Made by a program: the position numbers and the translations under genes. Positions 1 through 13,178 of a stretch of DNA of 64,000 nucleotides are shown one piece after another. Source of the stretch: Lama glama. Lineage: Eukaryota. The notes beneath the pieces were generated by a model that saw only the letters and a list, made by a program, of their open reading frames with translations, had not been told where the DNA came from and did no database searches. The stretch is taken from assembly GCA_028534125.1 (NCBI GenBank), contig CM052832.1, positions 18,230,001-18,294,000 on the forward strand, written 5' to 3'. The stretch's first letter is position 1. Each line of letters begins with the position of its first letter.

Positions 1-1486
1 AAGCCCGGCGCCCTTTCTGCCCCAATATGCTCCCTCCGTTCATATATTCATTCATTCAACCAGTATGACCGTTTAAGACACCGGAAATACACCCGTGAAG
101 AAAATAGGGGTGATCCTTGCCCTCAAGAAGATTGTCTGGACGTAGCGAAGACAGTAATAAAGCATTAAATAAATAAAATAATGTTGATAAGTACTTAGAG
201 AAGCAAAAAACGGGAAAGAGAATAGGAAAGCCGCTCACGAAAGGTGATGAATGACAGATAAATGCGGTAGTCAGGGGAAAGAGCGATCTATAACAGGGGA
301 ATTCTCCAGGGCAAAGGCCTGGAGGTGGGAGCATGGTTGGGACATTCCAGCTGTGTCGAGGAGGCCAGTGCTCCTCGAGAAGAGTAGGAGACCTCGGGGA
401 GTTGACCTCTGGCTTTCTACTCCCTTGTAAGGACTTTGGCTGTTACTCTGTAGGAAACTGGAAGCCGTTGTAAGGCGGCACTATATCTGACATTCTTTCT
501 TGTCTCTCCTTGGGTAGCTGAAAATACTTTATTTCTAATATCTACTTAAGCAATACTCTGTGCTAAGCACCCTCACGGCATGCTGCTCATACCTCAGGAC
601 CTACATTTCAGAATTTGACACCTTTAAAAGAAGCGTCGTTAGCTGGCACACACAGGAATGTTCACTTGGTTGCTTTCTCAGGAAGTAAATCAGCGTCTCT
701 AACGTATGCCTTTCAGCCTCTCTGTATTTCTGAGAAGGAATCATTATCTTCATACCTGATGAACATTGTAAATAAGTTTAGGGCTACTAAATGGAGTAAA
801 ACTGCCTGACGTTGAGAATATATACATGGTAACTAGAAAATCTTTGTTTTCAGTTCGTAAGGTTGCAACAGCCTTTAAGAAAAATATACATGCTCCCGTT
901 TCTGCATACACGTTAAGGTAGATCTAGTTAGGGATTTTTCCCTAGATAATTAACAAGGTCTTCTGACCAGATTTTGTATAATGTACCCTTAGGGCACTTT
1001 GGTAGTTATGGACTCCATCGCAGAGTAATATTTACAAAGAAAAAAGAGAATACATACGATTTCAAGGGGAAATCAACTATATTGAACTGTATTAGCAAAA
1101 TATTAAAAATTTATGGTATAGTAATATTTGTGCTCCTTTATTAATGCACTAAATGACAATATCCAGCAGGAGGTCTAATAAATACTGTAATTTCAAAGCA
1201 GTAATGAGCATAAATAATATTTTAAGAAACTTGCATCAATGGTAATTTGATGTGAAAATATTTGTGATTGCCAATAGGGATAAAGTGAAAACGGCTGAAA
1301 TATGACTGATTTGTTGCCTAAATTCATAATGAAAGAAAATACAAAATTTCAGTAACAGGTTAGTCAAAATAAACATTTGTTTCCCATCCAAGGTCACAGA
1401 TTACCCCTTCCCCATTAGAAGAAAGGGATTGCTGTTCCAAAGAGAAGCTTGGAAACATGAACAACTGTGTCTGAATTTTCAGAAAT

Positions 1487-2002
1487 GAAACTATGTGATC
1501 AGGCCACCCAAGATGGATGTTCTCCTGCTCTCTGTACATCCGCTGCTTGACCAGTCCCTGCTTCACCTACACCCTCCTCACATGACTGATCTTCCTTCAA
1601 TCATAGAGCCTAATCAGTAAATGCCTATGTGCTGTCTACAGGTCCCAGCTAGTGATGGTTCTTATCTTTTGTTCAGAACATCTCCACCTTGATAGCTTAT
1701 CAAAGGGGTGGTTAGGGACATGCTTCTCTGTTGGTTTCCCTGGAGACCAATGAGCCATCCTGAGTCAAATCCCCCTAAAACTGGTAACCTCCCTCTTTCT
1801 CTGGGAGCGAAGACTACTGACACGTCCTGCCCACCCGCTGTCTGCTGCACATGCTGGGGTATCGCTACAGGACCTCCCTTCAGATGCGTAAGCTCCCCCT
1901 ATTCATTAAACCACTGATGTCTCTGTTGCTGACTGCAGCTTTTTCTTAGGTCTTGAGACTGGGCAAGTACAGGGCTTGCAGACCTGTGGAGTGCAGCCCA
2001 AC
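1487..2002 (+). mobile_element. Probable solo ERV LTR
   Basis: TG start, ATTAAA signal, ends ...GTGCAGCCCAACA; family not determined. Confidence 0.5.
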
Positions 2003-4363
2003 AGAAGCAAACTGGGGTACCTCTTGGTTCTATTTTATCTTCGTCACATAACCAGGATGGGAAGGCCAAATTCTAGGGCGTTCCTGAAGTCACAGTTCCC
2101 ATCTTGCACCTCTAAAATGGTCTTCAACTCAGCTAGCTGGAGGCTATGTTCTCCTCAGAGTCTGCAAAGAACTCCCTTTGTTTTGCACATTTTGAAAGCT
2201 TTTCTTGGCTGCTTCAAATTTCTCTGCAGTGTTCACGACCTGATATGAGCCGAGGCATGCTTTCATTTTGTTTTTCAAGATCTTCCTACCGGATCTTTCT
2301 TGAGAGTTCTAGTTTCCAGCTTCCAGTCTTTTCTACAGTGGTTGTTATCAGTCAGAAAAAGAGAAACAAGGAGTCCAGGGGAAAAAAAAAAAAAACAGAA
2401 CCAGTAGGAAAATATACACATATTTCTAGGAATTGGCTTATGAAATTGTGGGGACTGGCAAGTCTGAAATCTGTAGTGCAGGCTGGCAGTCTAGAAATTC
2501 TCAGACAGGAGCAGATGCTACAGTTTTGAGACAGAATTTCTTCTTTCTCAGGAAAACCTGCATTTTGCTCTTAAAGCCTTTCAACTGGTTGGATGAAGCT
2601 CACTTACTGAGGATAATCTCTTTTGCTTTTAGTCAGCTAATTGTAGATGATAACCACATTTACAAAATATCTTCACAGCTACATCTAAATTAGTGTTTAA
2701 TTAAATAACTGGGCTTATAGACTAGCCAAGTTGACATGTCAAAAAAGCCATCACTGTGGGACTCTCCTTTTCCTCTGGGTCTCAGTGCAATATTCTTCCA
2801 GTTTCCTTCCCAAGCATATGGAAAACCGCATAGTCTGCCATTTCCATGTTTCTTTACATTAATAATGCAATTTACATGTAATAATGCCTGTGACAGCAAT
2901 CTGCACCTTCTCCAATTTTGGATGTGTGGAACAGAGACAATGTGAGGGGCATTTCCATGGTCCCTGCTGGCCACACTGTGAACTAAGCAGAATAAAGTGT
3001 TCACACCCAGATTTCTGGACATGATTGCTCTTAGTCTCATTTTTCTCTCAAGACTTGTCTCTGGCTTTTCAAACAACTCCTTTGTCTTCCCTGAATTTCT
3101 GTGCACATTTTGACAGCTGCCAGTCAAAGGAAAAATACAAACCAAACACTACTGGCTTTGCTGTCTTTCTGAACATCTACCACTGTTTGGTCAAAGCCAT
3201 GCTAAGCGTGACTATGCTGTGTATGATTATCTCAGTTTCAAGCACATTAATAACACGATGGTTAATTGTATACTATTAAAGAAATCGGTGCTTATATCAT
3301 GGGGTCACAATCAAACAGTGTGTTGAAGTCATGGACTTTCAATTGGTTTACCAAAGTGAGAAATCTAGCAGTCATGAATCCCTACCCCCTATCATGTTTA
3401 TAGGCAGAGATCAGTGCCAAGTGCTGGCTTACAGCGTGCCAGAGAAATCCTCCAGTATTGATATAGTTTAAAAATACTGAAATGTTGATTTCAGCATTTT
3501 CACCACGACAACAGATTTCAAGTAAGCAGCCAATCATAATTACAGGTTTTATTTGAGAAGTTCTTTTCACAGCTATGGCAACAATTTGTAAACTCTTCAG
3601 AGTTTCACTAAACCCCTTTGTTCAAATTAAATTCCCAAGGACAGTTTTATTTTACAAAAAACAGAATAAATCTGGAACAGTTACAAATACACCAGGCCCT
3701 ATGAAAATTCTGAAATTCTTGTGATGCTCTCAGTTTGACAGCTTATCAAACAGATAAATAAGGACAAGTTTTCAGACCAGAAAGCTTCTCTTCCTCTAGC
3801 TGCAGAGGAGAGGGGACCTCTCCTTTATTTCTTTTCAAAAGTAGGTTTTAATGATGAAATCTTGAATTTTTTAAGGTGCGACTCTGGAATTCGATTAGCT
3901 AACATTATAAGCAAGAAGCGAGTGGGTGGAACCCAATTTTATGGAAAGAAATGGGGTAAGGAAGGACTGGAATTTTAATTAAAATCCGTGCAATAAAGAA
4001 CATAGTAGTTTGCTTCCTGCAAGGACCAGTCTTTGATGTAAATGTGTCACACGACCCAGAGGAGTTTTCTCGTCTATATATGGCCTGATTCCTCTCCTCC
4101 GGACGCCCCAGTTCGTATATCATCCAAGGAAGCAGGAACTGCTGAACTCTTGCCCTTCCTGGCAGTTTCTCCAAGACTCCTCCGGCGCAGCCCGAGGGTT
4201 CAGGCTCGCGCCCGCATTTCCCACACTCCAACCCTGCTCAGAGGAGATTCAGTTTTCCTATGGCTGCGCGGTCTTTTAGGTCTTTGGTGGCGAAGCAGAG
4301 GTCCATCCTTAGTGTCTGGGAAGCCATCTGAGCTGTTCTTGCGCCTCAGCAACCAGAAAATAG

Positions 4364-4564
<201 letters not shown>

Positions 4565-6864
4565 TAAGAGTAAACTTTTCCTATAGAGTTTTACAAAAGT
4601 ATTTTATATAGGTCTGAGGGTGAGACAGCCTTATTGTTTACAAAAAAAGACAAAGATGAATTTGTTTCTTTTTCAGAAGAATTTCTACCTTTCTTAGTGT
4701 TTCTACATTTTTATGACACCTAATATTTTTTAGCAAGTACTAAATGGAAATCAGGGAAAGCATAAGGCAAAATCACTAGATTTAAGCAGCATCATTATCT
4801 CTGGTCATTCTATTCTTTTTTTTCTGGGGAAATCCCAAATAGATGCACTATCATAATTTGCAGGCAATATTTTTAGCAAGATCAACCTCTGGAATGATTG
4901 ATAAATGTGTTGTTGAAAAGGCTTCATCATCTCAATTTACAGCAGCCACTAAAATCCAATCATACAACACAAGTTGTAAATAACTATTTTGAAAGATGGT
5001 TTTGCACTCCAAGTTTTTTGGGATGGAAAAACAAAGAGAAAAATATTTATCACCATAATTTCAGAAAAGAAGCTGTCAGGAAAGAGCATCCATTTTATTG
5101 TGTATCATAGAATGAATAGACCATGGAAAGGGGCAAACTTGAAGCTGGCAGCATCCCGGCTGAGGTGCCTTCTTCCAAACTCTTCAAGAGAGTCAGGAAA
5201 CAAGAGAAGTGGAAAAGAGGTCTGGAATTTTACTCATAGCTGGACTTCTTTACATAGAAACTCAAGACCAGGCAAATGATTTTCACTGTAACTGTTACCC
5301 TCTTACTCATTTCCCAAGACCAAGCCCCATCACCACCTGACACAGAAAGTTTCACCAACTTGGCTTTTACCTTCAGGGCACATTATTTTATGTAGATGAT
5401 CAAGGTTGAAATATGATCTCCTGTTTTATTTGCAGAAACGAAGTATCCCAATACTTTGAGGAACTAGTTCAGGAAAGGATGTTACTTTTATGGAGACTCT
5501 CTCTACTCACTCTGTGGCTTAATTCCCCACCTTTTTTATAGGCATCACACAACAATGGAAAGGCTCAATAAAAATTCAATTAATAATCGAGTTAAGAAGG
5601 AAAAAGGGAATTTTATTTGAGTTAAACTGAGAATTATAATCCAGGAGCAGACTCTCAGAAAGCTCTGAGAACTGTTCTGCCTGTTAGAAGTCAAAGGCAC
5701 ACTCACACATTTTTAAGACAAAGGATAGTACATCAAAATGGCATACTGATATTTTACATAAAATTCACCAAGGGCACATAGCCCAGGTAAGCCCATACAA
5801 AATGAGCAGCAAGTCTCCATGACTCCCTAGGGAACTGGGAAAGAATGCTATTCTTTTAAGAAATTACATTGCTAGTATTAGAAGAAAAGGGGTAGGGGCA
5901 GGGAGGAATGATCTTTATGGTGGATCAGTCACTCACATTTTTGAGGTGCTCTGGTTAATGTGAAATGCAGATGCATACTGCACAATAAGGGGGGAGGAAG
6001 GAGATTCAAACAAACACAGGGAGAGAATCTTATGTTTAATTTTCTTCTCCTGCCTTAAAATATAAACATCAGCAAATGCAGACTTTTTTTTCCCACATCC
6101 TCATATCTTTTGTGCAAGAAAGCTTTTTTTCCAGGCCCAGAGTACAGATCTTCCTCAAATGGTGAGGCCAGCTGGGTCATGGTGTCAATGTTAACACTAG
6201 ACCACGCCAACATCCTGTTATCAAACTTGCCTTAACCTTCACCCTTCTGTTCCATCAAGCTCCACGAATGCCTTTTCAGGTATGCTTCCAGCCAAGTGAC
6301 CCTCAATAGTTTGCCCCATCTGTACTATTGAGGTAGTAGTAAGGGCTACAGAAACTATAGTATATTGCAGGCAAGGAATCTAACCATCTCTCCTAAAAGC
6401 CTAAAAATCTTCCTAAATCTTCATATATCAATCACGAAGGTGATTTATGTTTACAAGTGGAAATGGTTTGCCATCAAATGCTTATTTATCCACCCAGTGT
6501 CTAACATGCGGCAGGCACCATGCTAAGCACAGGTGATGACTAATGAAATTGAAGAAAGGCAATTAAAAAGGAATCTATAAATAAATAAAACAAAGGAGGG
6601 GCCCGGCGCACATCAGTGATAATTGAGGAGTAACATTCATTCAACTCCTTGAATGTGGAGGAGAGAGAGGGACAGACAGACTAAAATTAGAGACAGTGAA
6701 AGGAGATTAAAATAACTAGATCTTAAACTGTCTTCTGGGTACAGAGTGCTTTCATTCTAGAGCTCGGATAGTTTCTTAAAAAAATAATTGATTATTCCAC
6801 TGTGGGAACTTGGGGGGAAAAGGTAGGTGTATTATATGTGTCATTTTACAATGTAAAAAGCTGT

Positions 6865-6947
6865 TGTCAGGAGTGGGATTCGAACCCACGCCTCCAGGGG
6901 AGACTGCGACCTGAACGCAGCGCCTTAGACCGCTCGGCCATCCTGAC
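6865..6947 (-). tRNA. tRNA-Leu (CAG)
   Basis: Reverse complement GTCAGGATGGCCGAGCGGTCTAAGGCGCTGCGTT-CAG-GTCGCAGTCTCCCCTGGAGGCGTGGGTTCGAATCCCACTCCTGACA, 83 nt with long variable arm; T5 terminator just downstream. Confidence 0.98.
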
Positions 6948-7824
6948 TTACTGTGAGTGTTCTCTGCTCAGATTTCCTTTCCGTGTCTGTGTGAATACTA
7001 GTCTCCCCTCCACCCCCTTCTTCTTTTTTCTTTTTTTCTGAGGATGTGGAATTCTTCGGTTAAAAAAGTGAAACGATTAGTTCGCGAACGGCCCCGGACG
7101 CCGATTCTGGGTGGAGGAGAGGAATGAATCCCGGGTTGCCGGCGCCGCCGGGGTCGTCTTCTGAATAAGCTCAGATTCGATTCCAGGTTGCAGCGGGCGG
7201 GGTGGCGCAGGGCTGCATCCTGTAGAGTAAGGGCACTTTCTCTCCATTCTGGACAGAATTCTAGTTTAAATAATGGCATCCACGTTGCTAGAATTGCCTT
7301 GCTTCTAGAACTGACACCTTCTCCCTGAGGTTTTAGGCTATCCAGTTTAGTGCTGGTTAAGGCCCAGCCCTCCGGCGAACGCCAACTCCTCCCTCCTGTC
7401 CTTTCTGCTGTTTAAATCTCCCCTCCGGGGTTACCCTTGGGACCGGTGTAAGGGGACTAGGGTGTCTCGCTTTCTGTTCTGAATTCTCTAGCTGTACATT
7501 GTGGACTTGTGGACTTCTCTGTATGGCTGGTATACTGTTCTCAAAAGGAGCATCAAGCCGAGACCAGTCCTGCCTTTCACTTTCTACTATCTTCCATTAA
7601 TTCATACGGTTTTCTTAAATCTGTTTATGTCCAGCAGAACTACCACATTTGTCTCACAAAAAGTTTCTGTTATGAAACACTCCTCAAAGAGCGTTTGGTC
7701 TAAGTGCTTTGGACTAAACAATATAGATACAGATTCTTTTTTTTTAAGGAGAGGATAAACCCAAATATTGGCATTGATTATATTTGAGGGATGAGATTCT
7801 GAAATATTTTTATTTTAAAAAATA

Positions 7825-8015
7825 TAAATTTTTTATTTTTTTAATTTTATTTTTTATTGAAGTGTAGTTGATTTATAATGCTAGTTTCAGGTGTGCAGCA
7901 AAGCGATTCACTTATGCATGTATTTATACAAATATAGTTTTCTTTTTAGATTCTTTTCCATTATATATTATTTCAAAAAATTGAATATAGTTCCCTGTGC
8001 TATACAGTAGGTCTC
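7825..8015 (-). mobile_element. LINE-1 3' end fragment
   Basis: TTTTATTGAAGTGTAGTTGATTTA...GAATATAGTTCCCTGTGCTATACAGTAGG. Confidence 0.8.
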
Positions 8016-9828
8016 ATTTCCACTTTTTAAAATAAACTTTCATATGTATTCAGTGGGGAAAAGGCTATTTCTGTTTTAAATTTTAAAATGAGGCAAGAGT
8101 AAATGTGCATGTAGTTGGGAGTGGGCTCAGAGCTTTCGAGAGGGAGATTTGAGGAGACATGAGTGCTGTCTGGAGGCAGAAGGGACAGATGAATTGAGAT
8201 ATAGAGAGAGATGGCATACAAGAGCTGTTGTTGATTTGGCATAATAGCAGTTGTGCAGTTATTTTTCATTTAATCTGAATATCTGAGCCCAACTATCTCA
8301 CAGAATCTCTGTTAAACAGAGGCAGATACTTTCAAACTTTCAAATGTGATAACCAGATTTGGCATTTGGTTTGTGAAATGAAGTCTGTTATTATTGTTTC
8401 AGTAGCATTTATATTTTTAAGTTGATCTTTAGCTGTGGGGCAAAATGTTTTTGTTTCTGATTTAAAAGTAAAATCAGGTCTTGGAAATCCTCCAGTTAAT
8501 TATTTGTGGTGGTGGAAGAGAGGCCTTTCCTATGCTTCTAAATTCACAGAATCATGGATTCTGCCTCAGCTGACTAGTAAGGCTTTGGCAGCTTGGGTAT
8601 AGCCTGGGGGTAGTGGAGTTCTGGGTTCAATCCCTAGTGCTTCCTTGCAAAACAATAGTTAGAAGAAAAAACAAAACAAAACAAAACAAAAAACAGGCTG
8701 TGGCAAACCATGAGCAAGGCCACCTTTCTTCTCTCTTGGAAGATTTGAAAATAAAACCAGAATGCAAGATTGATCATTTCCTCCAGGCACTGGTAGCTAG
8801 TGCCAGCTGAGAAGGGAGCCTCAAGGCTCATCAGATAAGTTCTCCCTCAGGGTGCCTCATGGAAAGAGGTAGAGCTGGGGGGAAAAGGAAGGACACAGAT
8901 ATTTCCTAAGAATCTACTCCCAGCTCAGTACGGCACTTGGTAACCGTTTTCCTTGAAGATTGTGGGGAAATAGGTAGGGGAGGGAGGTTGCAGAGTTAAT
9001 TAAAATCTGTGACTCTTTCTCTTCCTACTCTTAGAGAGGAGTTCCTGTGGCAACCCCAGCTATTCTATTACATTTCAGGATGCACATTGTACATTAAACC
9101 AGCAAAACAACTGCCTTAAGTTCTCAAGTATTTTTAAAGAAGTTTGGACTTTTTTCTGTTTTTGGTCTTTTTTCCTTTCTTAAAGTATAGTTTGAACACA
9201 AATGAATACTTTTAAAGAAGGAGTGAATGATGTTCTTCTTCCAGGAGTACGGTGTCGGGTGGGGGGCATGAGGTGGGCCGTGTGTGTGTGGGGGGGGGTA
9301 GTGTTTGAGGAAGGGGCAAGGAAAGGAGGACACTGAGTGCTGGGGGGGTCCATGAAATGATGGAGGGAGGTTTCTGTCTGGTTCTCCAGTGCAGGCCTTC
9401 ATTCCAAGTAGAAGGCGGCAGGCTTAGTTGCTTTCTTTTCTTCCCCTGACCCTCTATTTGCCTAAGAATCTCTGAGCCAGCGGGTCCTACCTTGGTAATT
9501 TCTCTAAACAGTTTTCTGAGCTCCAGTCACCAGATGAACTTATACAACTGTGAAAGAAACTGTTTGCTCAGTGAAAGAAGTCTTGGACCGAGAACAAGGA
9601 CCCCTGCTTTCCGGTCCTGGTTTGGGCACGTACTCTGTACCTTTAATCAAATTACTTCATTTCTCTTGGCTCCAGTTTCTTCATCTCTGAAAGGAGGCAG
9701 CTGGAGTAAATGTCAACAGTTGCTTCTCTTCTGTTACATTTTCTTCTCAACCCTTTCCCAAAGTAAGACCTCTGTGATTTCCTGATTCATGAGCTTGTAT
9801 GCAGGTTCATTTTTAAATAGTCTGGAAC

Positions 9829-9908
9829 GGGGGAGGACATAGCTCAGTGGTGGAGCACATGCCCAGCATATATGACATCCCATGTTCAACCCCCAGTACC
9901 TCCATTAA
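9829..9908 (+). mobile_element. tRNA-derived SINE (Vic-1-like), diverged
   Basis: GGGGGAGGACATAGCTCAGTGGT...GTTCAACCCCCAGTACCTCCATTAA. Confidence 0.75.
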
Positions 9909-11911
9909 CCATGAAAATGTAAGTGGGTCCCAAGTCAGTAGGAAGAAGGCCAAAATCATAACCAAAACCTAAATGGAGGTGGGGCCTGGGAGCTGACAGT
10001 GACAAAAGGTGACTGATGGAATATTGTCATTCTTGTCCTATTTCACTTAGTATATAGTGAATGTGTTGATAATAGACTGGTCTGGTGTTCAGAATTTCTA
10101 CCTAAGAGTCATGATCCTCTTTTGTCATCCTCTATGAGGGTAGCAGGTAGACAGAAAACTTACAAAGTTGGTTTTTAGCTGAATCATGAGAAATATAATG
10201 AGTGCAGTAATGGATTACTTCCATTCCATGTTAGTAGGAACATGATGTAGAATTTGGAGTTCTTGTTGTTTGGTGAGTTGAGCTCTGATTGCGATGATTT
10301 CTCAGCGGAAGGCATACAGAGGAGGTGATTTCCCACCACTTGGTGAACCTTTGGAGACTCCCATTCTGTTCCTTTGGGCAGCAGAGCTGGCTGATCTGCA
10401 TTAAGGTCAGCTCTGTGAGGGGGACTAATCCTGATCCTTGCTTGGGGCAACATAGGGGAAAGTGGGCATCTCACCGAACTATGAGGGCCTTCAGGTAAGA
10501 CTCCAAAGGGCCATTCCTCTAGAACAGTGTTTTCCAAAAATGACCCAAGTTTGTTTTTCCAACTACAAGGCACTACTAGGAAAATTTCTTAAACATTTCC
10601 TCCTCTTGGAAAAGGACTGTTAAAATTTGAAGAGGTGGCTTCACTCAAATACACCAAGAGTCAATTACCTCATTAGTAGTAGAAATGGAGTCACCACACA
10701 AACAGAGGCTGAGGGCAGATGGCCATTGGCACTGTGGCCTTTTTGTAAGCAGCAGGACCCTCCAGGGACAACAGCCCCCTGTGCTGCCTGCCCTGGTGGC
10801 CCACTGCCATCAGGTCTAGCTTAGAATTGGTCTTGGATACACAGACCACACTGCTTTCCCTTGCAGGCTTCCTTCCTCTGTTTTTGTTTCAGTTCCACTT
10901 GTCTGGATAAAGAAAGGAAGGGGCAGATGCTGCTTTTAACAATAGAATGACATTTATTAAGTGGTTAAGACCATGGGCGACTGCTAACCTGGAAACCGGA
11001 AGAACACAGTGGAAATGGGAAGTGGGAGCCTGGGTAAATCTGTAGTCCTTAGCAAAATGAGACACACGTATACAGAAGGGTGCAAGTCCAAATAAGTGCA
11101 AGCAATCTAGCTGTGCTGAGCACAGTGATGCAGCCGTCAGGGGACCCTGAGGAGAAGTAGCACGTAGGAAAGCTGGGTGGGGACAGAGTGAAGGGTGGCC
11201 TGGTGTGGAAATTGATGGTGGTTGAAGCTAATTAAAGGTGTGGTTGAGGGAGTTTAAACCAAATGTTGGGAGATGGATTGAGAGAGCATGAGGCTGAGAC
11301 AATGGCTGATAAATTGGTGCTATCACTGAAAGATGAGTCTTGGAAATGCCACTGAAATGGAGAGATTCTAGATCAAAAGGAAGAAGAGAACTGGGAAACT
11401 TGTGGAGTTGACAAAGGGAGGCTGGAATGAGCCCCAGGCAAGGGAGAAATGGGGGTGGGGGGTGCAGAGAGGGAAGCAGGGCTGAGGCAAACACCACCTT
11501 TGAATTTTATTTAAAATTCTCTCCTCTATCACACATTCTGTCTGGCCTCCTAGCCCTGCTCATTTCATCTCTTCTTTACTCCCCTTCCCAGTTGCTCAGA
11601 TCCCACCCTGCAGGACATGACTTAGAAAATTTGAGATACAAGCCCTAAAGCTCTATGGCTAAGCCAGATGCTCATCATGGGCCTGAGTTCACCTTACTTT
11701 CCTCTATTATCACATCGTCTCCAAGTTCCTTTAGGGGATTTTAGCCTCTGATCTTCCCTTCCTGGGACCCTTTGGGTTTTCTGCTTGCCTAAAATCTGTT
11801 CCTCTACATATCCTTACTATGGACACCAAGATGTTTCTGTCACAACCCTGTGCCAGCAGCCTAACCCCAACTTGATCCCTCAGTTTCAAGTTCCTCCCTA
11901 TAGGATTTAGC

Positions 11912-12411
11912 NNNNNNNNNNNNNNNNNNNNNNNNNNNNNNNNNNNNNNNNNNNNNNNNNNNNNNNNNNNNNNNNNNNNNNNNNNNNNNNNNNNNNNNNN
12001 NNNNNNNNNNNNNNNNNNNNNNNNNNNNNNNNNNNNNNNNNNNNNNNNNNNNNNNNNNNNNNNNNNNNNNNNNNNNNNNNNNNNNNNNNNNNNNNNNNNN
12101 NNNNNNNNNNNNNNNNNNNNNNNNNNNNNNNNNNNNNNNNNNNNNNNNNNNNNNNNNNNNNNNNNNNNNNNNNNNNNNNNNNNNNNNNNNNNNNNNNNNN
12201 NNNNNNNNNNNNNNNNNNNNNNNNNNNNNNNNNNNNNNNNNNNNNNNNNNNNNNNNNNNNNNNNNNNNNNNNNNNNNNNNNNNNNNNNNNNNNNNNNNNN
12301 NNNNNNNNNNNNNNNNNNNNNNNNNNNNNNNNNNNNNNNNNNNNNNNNNNNNNNNNNNNNNNNNNNNNNNNNNNNNNNNNNNNNNNNNNNNNNNNNNNNN
12401 NNNNNNNNNNN
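11912..12411. other. Assembly gap (500 N)
   Basis: Run of N of round placeholder length. Confidence 0.99.
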
Positions 12412-12949
12412 AAATTTACTGTTGTCTGTTGAAGGTGCTATATAAGCCAAAATTTTAAACCACTGCTTTGAATTATTCTTCATTTAAGGTTTCTTCCACA
12501 TGAGGTGCATTGTTAGTAAGCTATTTGGTTTTTTCTTGTTAATCTGCGTTTTTGTTAAAGAGTTCCAGCTGAAAACCTAAGATGGCAAGAGGTAAAGTTT
12601 TGCCTTCTTTACGATGAGAAACTCCCAGGAACTGTCCTAAGAAGAAACTGATCTGATCATTCCTCTAGTCTTAGGAGGATAGGAGGCAAGTGGAACAGTT
12701 GCCCCAGTCAATCATAGTCCTGTCATGAGAAGCTGAGCTGCTTAGCTACTGCAGCTTGAAGCAGAAAAGCTCAGCTGAGCCCAGGACTAGATCAGCCACA
12801 CGCAGCTGACACCCCAACAAACGAACAATAATAAATAATTGTTATTTTAAGCCAATAAGTCTTAGGGTGATTTGTTAACCAGTAATAACTACCCAGTGTA
12901 GAAACTGTCTCCTAGAAATGCAGTGCTATCATATTAAAACACAACTGTC

Positions 12950-13178
12950 TGGTGGGGAAGGGGGGCAATATAGTGGTAAGTGAGCAAGACGTACAAACTA
13001 TTAGGTATAAAATAAGCTACAAGGATATTATTGTACAACAAGGGGAATATAGCCAATATTTTATAATAACTATAAATGGAGTATAACATTTAAAACCTGT
13101 GAATATCTATATTGTACACCTGTAACTTATATAGTATTGTATAGCAACTATACTTCAATAAAAATAAATAAATAAAAA
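12950..13178 (+). mobile_element. LINE-1 3' end fragment
   Basis: ...TATAAAATAAGCTACAAGGATAT...CAACTATACTTCAATAAAAAATAAATAAATAAA. Confidence 0.8.

Noticed and set aside
7080..7220. CpG-rich patch beside tRNA-Leu as a tRNA pseudogene or coding start
   Set aside because: No cloverleaf or credible ORF; consistent with open chromatin around a tRNA gene
9257..9370. G-rich tract with G-quadruplex potential
   Set aside because: Low-complexity intergenic sequence with no linked feature
11731..12483. 250-aa ORF
   Set aside because: Mostly X; artefact of the N gap
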